The notes beneath the pieces were generated by a model. The model did no database searches. It was given only the letters and a program-made list of their open reading frames with translations, and was not told the origin of the DNA. Of a stretch of 64,000 nt of DNA, positions 12,983 to 26,300 are shown in pieces (within the stretch, counting starts at the first letter, position 1; each line of letters starts with the position of its first letter). Location: contig NW_004797657.1 of assembly GCF_000002075.1 (NCBI RefSeq), positions 648,728 through 712,727 on the forward strand. Reading direction: 5' to 3'. The stretch is from Aplysia californica (taxonomy: Eukaryota). The position numbers were made by a program, and so were the translations under genes.

Positions 12983-14340
12983 TACCTGTGAAACGACTTA
13001 TTTCAATTTTTCAATCTTCATCAAAGTCTCAACACATAAATTCCATCAAAATCAGCAGAACAAGTTGCCGAAATATGCAAAAAATTTTATAGCAAAAACT
13101 GGAAATAAATTGACTAAAATCACTGTAGGTTTGGCAGTGCTTTATTTGACACATAACTTAAAACCTGCTCACCTCATTCCTGTTGAGACAGGTCTTTTCT
13201 CATTGTATCGTATTCTAGGCTTTCATCAAGTCTTTCCAAGATATTACAATAAATTTCAATTAATTGTAACTAATATCAATCTCTGTTTTCTTAACAACGT
13301 TTTGAACACAAAGCAATACAAAAAAAATTGAATAGCTATTAAAAGATGAAGAAAAATCCAAAATAAATTGATGTCTTTTCAGTTTTCCGACAAAGACCCT
13401 TCACAGACGGGAAAATGCTTTGTGGCCTTTGACCAAACCTAAGGCCACAAACTAATATTCCACTTTGTGGTAATGATCAGGAGAATGTAGACCTTTGATT
13501 TGTGAACCTTCTTAAAGTCACTGAATCAACGAAGAACACAAAGAACTTTTATTCCACTGCCAGGCCAGGGTGTGTAATGGGACTAGTTCAACACCCGTGA
13601 ATATGTTATGCCGCTGCCTAAGATGTGGACCCTTCAAACTGAAAGTCCATCTATTGAACGGTATCAAACCAAGTTTGTGGAAAGCCTTGAAAACTCCCCA
13701 AACAACAAAAGATCGAGGACACCCATTGGGGATACAAACAAGGGTTATTCACATGTCATGGTCCAGCATGATGATATGTGGTCTATTGCAGCTGTTGCCT
13801 TCAAAGGTACAAACAAAAAAAGCCCCAATACAATGCGTCATGCAATTAATCCTTTGGTTAAGACACAGTCAATGACAGAAGAGGATAATAATTAACCTCT
13901 TTAAAAAAAAACCCACATAAATATTTCTTCACATAAGTTATTACTTTAAGCATAACGTCGATGTCGCAATAACAATGAGTAGCTCCATTTGACCATGTCA
14001 CCCTCTAAGGACATCCCGGAGCTAGATTAGGCGACACAGGTAGTATACTGTAACACAATTATTTTTGGAGATTTGATGAATGAATAAAATAGAAAATATA
14101 ATAATATATAAATGGAAATTAAGAAAGGTCCACTTGGCTGCATCTCTAACACTTGTGCAAATCGGAAAGTTATCTGTTGACTCATTATTACTTTACTAGT
14201 AGTAGTACTGGTACTCCACTACTACAGCTTTTAACGTAGCACCCAAGATAGAGGTACAGGATCCAAACAAAAATACTCTATTTGACAACTGGATCAACTC
14301 ATTTTCTTGCGGCGACGACGATATGTGCACCATGACTTAC

Positions 14341-17300
14341 CTGTTCATACCAAGCAGCCACAATTGTTTCCTGCAAGACAAAAAAAAGTGGCAATGCAAC
14401 AGAGACAGGAGGAAAAATAACTGCATGAGAATATGTCTCTAAGGCCACAATCTAGAGGCACAATTCCTTTTTCTAAATAAAAATTAAACCCACACAGTAC
14501 CGTACTGCTATGCAGTATTACATGAAGTAATATTAACATGGAAATGAAAAAAAAAGAAGGAAAAAAGCAACCCATCAGCAATTATTATGTACAGTACAGT
14601 TGAATAGCTTTCCAAAGGAATCTAAAACCGGAGACTAAAGATGAACCACTATTGTTCTGACATGTTGTTGGTCGCCTGATGAAATCGTGAATTCCACACG
14701 AAGCAAATTTTACAGGAGAGGGAAAAAACTAATTTCCTCTGTCATTTGGCGTTCAAGACATCAACTAAATGGATAAATCTAGTCAATTACCTTTTAGAAA
14801 TAATACTGTAGTACATTTTTTACCGTAGATCAAAATTTTATCGAAAAAGTGTGGGATTCACGATTTCCATATATTAGAATCTCGCTTGATGTGGAAGTGG
14901 AATTGTGGAATTCACGATTTCATCAGTGGGCTTTATGAAATGCGGTGATGTATTCACGGTTATTAGGCAGTGTGTTTTCTTTTATTAGAGGCCCTGGTAT
15001 GTTTAAAGATATATGAAAGCACGAAATATTGTTAAACAAAAGATTTTAAAAGACCAGTTTAAAACTGAGTACACGTATAATGTATGAAATTACAGACTGA
15101 GTGAAACGGAAAGCTATTAATTATTTTACCACTTTAAACATGTATCATTCTTACATGAATGGGATATTGTATGCAATTTATGAAATCATACTCCTTCATT
15201 TGCGTGCTCTCTCTCTTTCTATCCTTCTTTCTCCAATAGTGTGTAAGTGTATGTCCTTTTTTATTGGACTGAAGGGATGGGGGGGGGGGGGGGGGGGCGG
15301 ATTGATGGGTTAAGAACTTGATTTGTATCAAACTTCTATACCCTGTGAATGACTGAATGATCATCTTTCATTATCTTACTCTTTTTGTCTCTCAGATCCT
15401 GAAAATTACTCTTTGCGATTTTTCAAGGAGAATGATACAGTGGTGGGGAACTGTTTGTTAAGTTTTCCTTGTCTCTGGACTTAAGAAGACTCTTCCACTC
15501 TTCGATAGAGTTCAGTTTGCAAAGAATTTCTCCTTATGTTACATATCAGTGGCTTCATATTCCATTAACAGTTTGGTATTCTTTTTGTCTTCCCGACGTG
15601 ACAGTTTTGTCGACTGCAATTTTGGCAAAATCATGGAAGAAAACGTGATCCACAAATTTCACTTTATAGGGTCTTTGTTGATATACCACCTTGGGACCGT
15701 GTGTTATACGTAGTAGATGACACAATAGGGGTCACATTGAAGATTATGTGCATGCTTTTGAAACAAGAGCGGGGGGAATTGATAGGCAGTGCTAAAGGTA
15801 CACCCCTGAAGATTCATGCAAATCATCAAAAGGTCTTCTTGCTTAAGAGCAAAGGTTTTAGTGCCCTTTCTTTGTGATTTTCTTTTCTGACATGTGAGAT
15901 TCCCAATTTGTCTCACTGACGTTGTCAAGACTCAAAACTCACGCACAATTCACAATGATCTTTTTTTGGCTCATAGATCAACATATTATCCTCTGGCACA
16001 TATTTGAGTAGTCTGAAATACAAGGCAGATTGTCCCTGATCTGTGCATAAAACCAATGAAGCTCTGACAGATTACAGAACCAGGGATGAAGATACAGTTT
16101 TCCAGAGCTTTTCTGGCAATAGTAGAGGGGACCTTTGGAAACATGTCCACAGATGTGAACAGAAACTCCTTGGCTTGCACGCCCCTTGTGGATTGTTTGG
16201 TGGTGCAGCTGTGTTGAGCTCTTCTAAAGCACTCTTTACAAAGTACTGGAGGATGCAGGTTGTCATCAACAAGTGTCTGAGGAAGTTCCTCAAGATCAGA
16301 TGGACAGACAGAGTCACTAATGAGGAAGTATTAAGAAGAAAATTTTCAGACAGAAGAAAGCAGTGGAGATGGATTGGACTGAGCATGCCATCTGGAAATC
16401 AGGCAGCTATATAAGAAAGAATGTTTTAACTTGGGAGTCCACAGGTTAAACGATCAAGGGAAGGGCATGTGGAACCTGTAGAAAAGTCGCAGAGAATTAT
16501 GAACAGAAAAGTGGAAAGACATAAAATTTGAAAAAATATGAAAAAGTTAGCCCAGGGTAGGGAAAAGTGGAAAGTGTTTGTCCGTACAGGGTGAGCCAGG
16601 CAATGATGAAACGTGCATGGGCTCTTCTACAGCAGTTTACAGTGGGTGATCCCGGTCATAGATATCAACATCCTGCAAACTTTGATCTTCTGGCCACTCT
16701 GTTTCAGATAATAAACCCAAGTGTGTGTCTTTCAGCTTGGTGTATCGCCTTTGCTTAAATTGTACTCTTTCGTTATGAGAAGACCGTTCACATAGGTCTT
16801 TCTGTCTCCCCATGTCAAAGTCCAAACAAGGACAAAGATAGTTGTTGTGGCTTTGTCTTTTAATAGTGAGCAGTCATTTGATTTGATTAAGCAATCACCT
16901 TTGGGTTTCAGTTCATTAGTTTTTTTAAATAGTCCTATCTCTTGATTTGTTTTGCTTATTGCTGGCCTCTCTCTCTCTTTCTCTCTCACTCACTCTCTCT
17001 CTCTCTCTCACTCACTCTCTCTCTTTCTCTCTCTCTCTCTCTCGGAGGTTAAAAAAAGCACCTTTGACCTGTTCCAATGCATCATGTGCTTTGAATGACA
17101 CTCTTTTTCATTGAGACCTGGTTCTTCTACTATTTCCGTGCTGGATTTTCTACAGCTTTCTTTGATGTCTAAAGTGGTTCACATTTCTCTGCTTCGCAAA
17201 ATTTATTTTCTTGTAAGGGAACTCTGATGTCAAATCAGTGAGCTTTCAGTGTCAAACAAGTTTGGATTGTGATACAATACGGACTTGTAGTTTATACTTG

Positions 17301-20300
17301 ACTAGTTTACGTTTTATCATTTTTTTTTAAAATGAGAAAGACTAACGTTTTATAACCTACTATTAGAAGGGCACACACATTGCACATTCGAATTTGACAG
17401 TCGTTGTGAAACAATACCAGTCCTGCATCTAGGAAATACACATTTTAATCATGTGACAGAGAGGCTTTCCCGCAAAACGCATGTAGTAGACAAAATAAAT
17501 TATAATCTTTGGCCTAGAAACCGTGAATACTGACCGACCATTGTGTTTGCTCAACGCAGTTGCCCATATTTACATGGTCTAAAGAGGCGTTCACGGCGCC
17601 AACGTTCAGCCCCGCGAGTCATAAACCGACAGATGTGATCGTGAATTCCACATAGGTGTGGGATTCATGGTTTCATCAGGCGACTTGGGGCACGGTGTTT
17701 ATTCACGGTTTTTTTTATTACGTCAGATTACACGTTTGAGTTGAGGTAATTGAAAAATAGGTGTATATGGACATGTATCTCATCAAGCACTATCAAAATA
17801 TGCACACCAAAAAAACGATTTTCGAAAATTTGTGGAATTCACTGTTTTATGAAGCGACCGACGATGTGGGATTTGGAAAGCAGCTACAATTCAACATGAG
17901 CAAATGACTTATCAGCCTGAAGGTCCCTTTTCAAATACAGACCAACACAACAATTGTTTCCTATGTGCTCACTAAAAATATAAGATATTCATCTCTAATC
18001 ACCGAGATGCAATGTTTAATTCTGAACGCTGACCAGCTTATATATTTGTGATGCAAGCTGACAAATTGAGTAACTTCTTGCAATCCACAAATGGACATAT
18101 CAGCCAAAAATTGACTAAGGGATCAAATTTGTAGATTTTTAACTGGTTCTATTATGTTCAAATTAAACATGTCCTTTATCACTTCATACTAAAAAATTGT
18201 ACAAATTCAACCTATAAATTTAATGCATCTATGTCCTAGGTCTAGAATCCGAGAAGTAATTCATTTTGTTAGTCAGCCTCACATTTTTTATTTACTCTCA
18301 TTCCGCTTCTTTTCAGCTTCTCACTGTTTGTCCACACACAACTTGAGATCATTTTACTTCTCCCAAAGCTTATTATAGATGACAGGATTATAAATACAGT
18401 AAATGAACAATCAAACAAATAAAAGAACATGATAATGGTACAAAAGAATTCTTCTCTTTATCTCATCTACACTCACCATGTATATATAGCTGGTGAAGAA
18501 GCAAACAACACCATCAGGAACTACGGTCACCATATCCACAAGCAGGTTTCCATAGTTACGGGTCACGGCTGTAAGTGTATGTGAACATTTTGAATTAAAC
18601 TAAAAGGTACGAACACAAGAAAAGAAATATTATAGCATGGGAGAAAAAAACATTTTAAAGAGATCCCCCAAGAAAAAAAGCATTGTGTGATAGGCAAGCC
18701 TTGTGAAATGATGTATACCTTAATGTAACTTGTGATGATTCAAGCTTTAAAATTAAATGATCACAAAACACAATCTTACAACTGATAGGTCAGAACTGGG
18801 ATAGACTTCTTTTCTTTATTTGTTATTTTATCTCTATGCTTTTTCTTGCCCTTCCATTCTCCCTGTTATCCTATCTCTCTCTTTCTTTTTCCCTCTCACC
18901 CTCTTCTATATTGTATAAATAAGTCTCAGATCTCTTAACTCTTTTCTTTTTTTCTTCTTCAAGTAAGAGTTGAAGCTTGAGACTCTTGCTGAGAACCACA
19001 CAAATGCACATACATTTCAAACTAAATAGTGACCCAAACTAAAGTTAAACAAACACAGAATCCTCCTAAAATATTGGCACTAACCTATATCTTCTCTCGT
19101 CTCAAACTTTGAGCTCATAGCCACTTGGTCATTGCCCTTGCTGACAATCTGAAAGACAGGAGACAAGGAAGTCAGATGAAATAAAGATACTTTTCATTGA
19201 TCCTAGACTGATGAAAGAAACTTGTGAAGTGCTTCCAACAGCTTCAACAATACAAAAGAAGAATACACAGCATAACACATCGATGCAGTCACACAAGCAC
19301 GTCAATATAAATACACCTACAAAAAAGGTCGCACACTCTCTCCTCTCTCAATGACAAAACATTCAGCATAGCTTAAACAGATCTGCATTGTTTTTACACA
19401 GCATAGCTTGTCTCATGTCCATGACTGGTTTAAAAAAATGGTATAGGCTTAACGCCCCTAACATCACTGGTAGGTTATTTAAGAGGCGGAACCTTCGAGT
19501 TTAACGCCCATCTCCGAAAGGACTGAGCCAAGTGGGAAATTTGTGTAAAGTGCCTTTCCCAAGGACACAAAGTCGAACCGAGCTGAGGCTCGAACCCCCC
19601 CAAACCCGCAATCTCATGATCACGAGTCCGGTAGCCAAACCACTAGGCTACCGACGCCACTGACTAGTTTAGATGACTAAATAATACACACAGACCGGAA
19701 AGACACATAATATTTAAGTGACACGGGTGTAACCTCTGAATTATCTATCATATCCATAGTAGGCCTACATGCCATATAGTGTACCTCAAATTTCTCCATG
19801 TGGATAAAGAAAAGATGCAGTACTTTTTTTTCTTTTCTGCTTTTTTTTCCTCATCAGTTTGGTGAGTCAGGTATCACAAATCAGTTATGATAGCTGCCAT
19901 CTTTCATGTGTCACTACATAGCTTAGTTCCTTTCCCTTCATGAAATTCTTCAGATTTTTCCCTTTGAACTGTTACATCTGGCATACTGGACTGGGGCTTA
20001 TTACTCAGTAGGCTGCCTCGTAAGGCTGGGTTGGGAAACCAGCTTGTAGCTTATCAGTTAAGATTGGTCCAAGGATAAGGATTTTGAAAATTTCAAGACC
20101 CAGAAATAATATTGTCATACTTTTACTTTTCTGTATGGAAATGAATCTATGTTTCACTTTTTCCTTCAAGGGCTTACTAACATCACAATTCAATTAAATA
20201 AAAGACACAATTCTAAAACTTTCAGAATGAAAACTGCCTTACATGCAAAATAAAGGCTTCATCTTTAACTATTTAAAGTGCAAGACCAAAGGATATCTCT

Positions 20301-23300
20301 CACCATTGCACTTATGATGAATAAGAAAGCATATAACCGCACACTAACCCATTGAGGAGATTTTGGGCTCTGCTAGACACACTTACCATGGGGCAGATGC
20401 AGGGTCTAGCCAATGTCATGGTGAATGTTGCCATGGTGACGGGCTGGAAGTCCAGGATCTTGGGGTACATGTCCAGAGGTGAAAGTGTCTGAAGGAGATG
20501 AATAGAGGTCTCTCATTGATGAATACGACAAAACTGTTTATCGTTGACAAAAAAAACACCACACCCAAACAAATCAGTATCTTAAATTCTGACCCTGGCA
20601 ATTTAAAACATGCTGAGGGCCATTCAATGAAAAATAAAATCACAGTGATACAACTAGCGTGGAGATGATGACCTGCTGAAAAAAAAGTTTAACCCATGGT
20701 GGGGCCACTCTTTATTCTCATTTTGTAAGAGGCAACATTCCTCTAACATGTTAAAAAACTATGGTTCTTTCACTGCTAAGAATTTTTTCAGAGGGAGTGT
20801 CACTGCGGTTTCATTTTTCATGAAATAACCCTTTGGCTCAAGTACTTACGGCATTTCGAGAAGTTAATTTTTGGTTTAACTTTGCCCGGATTTTACATCT
20901 TACCGATACACACATGCACACCAAAATTAGTGCCCAAATTCTCATCTAAACATAATCAACTTTGAAAATGCTAATAAGGACTATTTGTGTGTATGCCTGG
21001 TGAAAGGTACCAAATGATGCATTTTGAAGAATCCCTTCTTTTAGCATTTTCATGTAAAGGGATAATTTCAGAACAATATGCTTTTTGAATTTTTAAGATA
21101 TCTTCAGGGGTTTCTGAGATATGGGTGATTTTATAAGGCAGGGTACGGGAACAAAGTTATGAGAAAAACGGCTAGTTTCCCCTTTGTTTCTGCTTCAAAT
21201 AGATAGATCTACGCTTCGAGACGACCTGACAACACATTCGCTACTCACAAACCAACTTTAAAAAGCTGCCAAGATAAAAGAACAGCTTCAAAATGTTTAT
21301 ATATGTCTTCAAAACAAATTTGCCACCACCTTGAGCAAGAATTTTCAAGAAATTAGATCTAGGTTTGCGCAGAGAAGAAATTTAAATATGTGATACAATT
21401 TGCTCTCCTAAGAATGAAAGGGTGTGGATGCGCAAAGCCTTGCTTTGTTTACACGTTCTAGATATTCATGCGCACAACTCGCCATTAGAGAGGAGAGAGA
21501 ATGACCTAAATTTTGGTATGCAATGTGATTGGGTTTACTTTATGAATGGACAAGAGAAACCATCCGCAGTGTGTACTCGGGAAACCAATTTTTTCACGCA
21601 TTTTTCGGGATTATGTAATATACCTCGAGTTATAAAACATCTTTAAAGATGTATTTTTAAGTAAAAGAAACTCAAGTCCTTGTAAATATCGATATATTAA
21701 TGGCTTAAGAATCCATTTTTAATGGAACTTAGTTTTTGTCAAAAATTTTATTTTTGACCTTTGAAGCCTGATATCTCGGTACGAACAAATGCATCTTTTG
21801 GTACCTTATACCAGGCACGCTCACATTTGATTAGAATTGAATCCATAACTTATTAAAACGTTCATTAGCCAGCTATATACTATATTATATTTAACTACAC
21901 TGATAAACAGATAGACTGGGGTGAATCCTTGGAGGGGGGGGGGGGGGGGGAGGGCAGGTATGGACACGTACAATCTGCAATGTCCCAACTGCGTAGAGAA
22001 ATAGATTAAAAATCTAAAGAAACACAAATCAGATCCCCCATGATGAGACAATATTGCCTGTTCTCAGGATGCACAGCACACATCAACATAGCAGGACAAT
22101 GATAAAATGTCAAACCCCTTAGTCTAATTTTTTATTTGTTTTGTTTAAACATTCATTATATTACAATGAAAATACTTCCTTTTCAATTTGCAAAATCCTT
22201 TTTATACAAAGATTGTTACAACAGTTCTTACCCCTGATGTAACAACAACAGTCTGAAAGCGATCAAATATTGGTTTGACAGCGATCGTGGCATCTAGGCA
22301 GCTGAAATTCATGATGGGGTTTGAGATGGTGGGAGTACGGTCATCAAATGGCTCAATGATCAATGAAAATCCTGGAAAGAAATTTTTAAGATAAAAAGTT
22401 TGAACAATGTACTGTAAATATACAATATATGATGATTTCAGACCCTCAAAATTAATAAAACACATAAAATAATTTCAAAAGATATTGGTAAAATGTTCAA
22501 TGTACACAATAAACTTAAATGACGAATTGCAATGACTAAGGCTAGTTTCAGTAAAATGAGCCCACCCTGTAAAAATGGAAACATCTCAAGGACTACCAAA
22601 ATGAAGGTTCTGAAATGATATGTATGGTCAACACTTCTATATATGGCTGTGAATCCTGGACAATCACGAAAGCCAGTGAAAATAAAAATAGAAGCAACAG
22701 AAATGTGGTTTTTAGACAACTACTGGGAATATTGAGGAAGGAAAAGAAATCAAATGAGGTAGTATTTGATAAAGCCCACAATGGTCACTCACTGTTAAAA
22801 ACAATCAGGAAAAGACAAGTACAGTTTTTTGGGATACCTGAATAAACATAAAGGTCTTGAACACCTAGACAGAACAGAATAAAAATTAGATCTGTCTATT
22901 CACACCTCACCATCATCTTTTTTTGAGTCCTACCTCAAAATAAACTTTCAAAACATTTTTTAGCCTGATCCCATATTTCCTGCCATATAAGTCGCAGAAA
23001 AACGTCATAAACCACATTCAAGACATTCTACTTAGAAGGCAATTTCAAACATTCAAATACAACATTTTCGTTCATGTGCAAATTCTCTAGGCATTTGACC
23101 TGAGTATTCACATATAGCCACCCAATGCATAACAGAGCCTGCTCCAAAAGCTCAGCTTACACTAAGATCAGTCTGATGACAAACCATAGAAGCAGGAGGC
23201 TTGATAGTTCTGAGAAAGTTCTAAATTACTACTGGAAAGAGAGAAAGAAAAATTGTACCTGCGCCAACTAAAGGCTCACATAACTTCATAATAACTCCCG

Positions 23301-26300
23301 TTCTGTCTCTGCCTTTTGCCGACTACCTATTCCCACAAGGCTGAACAGAGAAAAACTAGGATTTCTTAACAAACCCTCCTAACAATACAAAATCAACCCT
23401 ATTAGCCGCACATGGAAATAATCCCCCCCCCCGCGTACCCTTCATCTTACAATAACTGTGTAAGTGTGAATCTGACAAACTAACCACAACACAAGGATAT
23501 ACAAATTGTTAAACAAACAGAGGAGAGTAGGCCGACCTTTTGTGTAAGTACTGATGAGAGTAGCAAAGTTTGCCACTAAGGACAGGGATGAGTAGTCCTT
23601 TATGTCTGCCAGCTCGAGTGTACGCAACAAGGATTGGAGCCGTTCTGAACAGAACCTGAGAAAAAGCGACGAAAAATAAATGTCATATATTGATAGAGAA
23701 ACTAGACATGAAACAGAGAGTTTTGTTAGAGTAAAGAGAAGCACATGACAAAATAATTGTCTTTTAGTGCTCCTGTTAAATCGTCCGTAAGCTTCATTTT
23801 GTGGTGCCATGGCCGATTGAATTGGTTGTAATTTGAGTTGCTATTTCGTTTCATTTATCTTATTCTTTATATCACCAAACATTTCAATTCCTTCACAAAT
23901 GAGCTGTAATTCCTATTTACATTCCACTTTCAGAAAATGCGTATGTTTATAGTATAGCCTTTAAAACGCTTGGTTCGCTTATTCTCACACATTTTCCAAC
24001 ATAATTTGGTAAAATCATATGATTTCTCCTGACACCACTGGCTATAAGTTAGCAACAATTGGAGGGTTAAAGAAGAAAAACTAAGGAAAAAAAAGTATAA
24101 CCCTTAAAAAAAAACCCAAAGCGATGCAATGTGCTTCATAGCAAAATCTATAATACCTCCACAACTGTACCGCATACCGTCAAACCTACCTGAGTGGCTT
24201 TCGATCGATGCAGACTTTGGACTGGCAGTCTTTGAGGAAGGACGGGGGACTCTCAGACACCACATGCATCACTCGTAACCGCGTCTTGAGATATTCCACA
24301 AAACGCTTCATGAACCCTACAAAGTGTTCTGCATTGCGAATATTTCCAGGAATGGCCTCTGAAGAAAAAAAAGGGTGAACGGAAAGCTAGAAATAATATG
24401 AGGGTATAAAAAAAACTACAGCTACATGAATAAGTGGAAAATGCCACCACCCCCCCCCCCCCCCCCCCCCCCCCCCAGCATTTCTTCTACATTAAAATGA
24501 CAGTCCAAGATGTCCACCTATTTATGACAATCATTTTTCCCTTCAACAATTGGTGGCTATCTTGGACAATTTCAACTGTATTTGATGAATTCAAAATTGG
24601 CCAGCCTATAATGTGACTGTGAAACAAAGACATCTTAAAAGCTGAACATTCACTACACTAGGAAAAGCAGGACAGTCTAATCGAAACAAAGTTGAAGGAA
24701 AAACTAAAGATCTCCAAATGTAAGACCCTGGGAATAGCACTGCATTTATTTATTTATTAAGGGGATGGAGCTTAAGGAAGTCAATAAGAGAATCATTTTA
24801 TGAGCAGTGAACAAGGAAGAAGAAGAAAGTAGATCTTGAGCTGTGAATATCAGAATTTTTTAACTGCCAGCTGAGAAAACTTTGCACGACAAGGAAAGCT
24901 GAACCATTGTAGAAACTTCGCTGGCTGTTGAGTAATCTGGTCAAAACCATGCCAGGGGGAAATTTTGAGTAAGCTCATAAGATGACTCATCCCTGTCCAA
25001 ATTTTGACAAAGAAAAAGTATACAGTTCCATTATGTTTGTGCCAGCTGTCTTTTTTTGGTTCCGGAGAGCCACATCTGTTTTCACATCAGGCAGATCCCC
25101 AACTGTCTGTATGTTTTATTCTTGACAGTGGTGTTGACAAAGTCTCTGTCAGACTGCCTTATATTTTGCAACAACCAGAGATATTAGTTAGCTAAAAAAA
25201 TTGAGAATGGCAGAACAAATTAAGAGCATAAATGGCTACTGTCATGGCATGTGAATTGAGTCTGTATCAAATCTAGAAAACATTGACTTACCTTTTAATC
25301 TGTTTGCTCAAGTCATCTATGTTCTGGTTGCATTTATCAATTGTTCGACGGGTGATCTTCACACTCATTGATTCAACACATACATTGTCTGGGTAAGAAA
25401 GACAACAAGAAAATGGCTCACTACATAACATACCAAAGTGACATCATTCAAGAGCATTAAGTTAACATGATACAGACACAGATCAATGTTTTGTATACAA
25501 ACCACACTTTTTCAGAGTTTACAAGGTGGCCAAATAAACCAAAAATTTTGTTTAAGTAGAACAAACCATTGGAAAACAACCTTTCTCTCTCAGATCATTT
25601 GATCATCTTCAGAAGCAAATTTTTGGTCAAATCTCTGGGGCTTTTGACTAAACGTTCTTAAAACCCATGAGCTAAGAAATTATTATGAACATAGCACTTT
25701 TCAAGTGGCAGGATAGAATAAGAAATGAAGAACTGTGGGAAAGGACAGGACAAAAGGATATAGAAGTAGAAATAGGACTAAGAAAGTGGCGATGGATGGG
25801 ACACACCTTAAGAAAGCCCAGCGGAAATATCACAAGACAGTCACTGCAGTGGAACCCACAAGGAGCACGAGGCAGGGGTAGGCCACGGGAAACATGGAGG
25901 AGATGCGTGGAAAGGGACATGAGAGAAATGAAGCTCACTTGGAACGAGCTTGGAAGGATGGCTCAGGACAGAGATAAATGGAAGGAGCTTGTATGTGGCC
26001 TATACCCTGCTAGGGGTGAAAGGCATTGATGATGATGATGACTTTTCATATTGGAAAGAGATATCCCTTCCCTTCTGATCTATTTTCAAAAGAATTCATT
26101 GACTATTGAAATTTATTCAGAAAATAATTTCTTCACTGATTCTTTCAAATATCTAAAGCCATGTTCAGCAACCTTCTATGATTAAAACAGTTGATTCACA
26201 ATAAAAATAATCATGTTTTGTTTCTACCTATATTGTGAGCCTCATCAAACACAACAACCGACTGCTTTGAGAGTTCCTTCGACACCATCTCTGCGATTTT

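Larger units (their letters stand above)
14666..17863 (-). mobile_element. Decayed Sola1-like DNA transposon
   Basis: ~33-bp imperfect TIRs (TGTTGGTCGCCTGATGAAATCGTGAATTCCACA), 4-bp TSD ATGT on both sides, subterminal GTGAATTCCACA repeats. Broken - strand peptides [56 protein letters not shown] and PPLYHSP resemble Sola1 transposase motifs from memory. Confidence 0.7.

Noticed and set aside
19560-19660. tRNA genes here, at ~30400 and at ~61830
   Set aside because: A/B boxes are present, but no complete cloverleaf was seen and SINE body sequence follows.
25045-25165. Weak peptides IRQSD, YRQL and KTDVALRN resembling the missing XPD exon
   Set aside because: Different frames, stops, wrong internal spacing and no matching splice sites; incompatible with the high conservation of the other exons.
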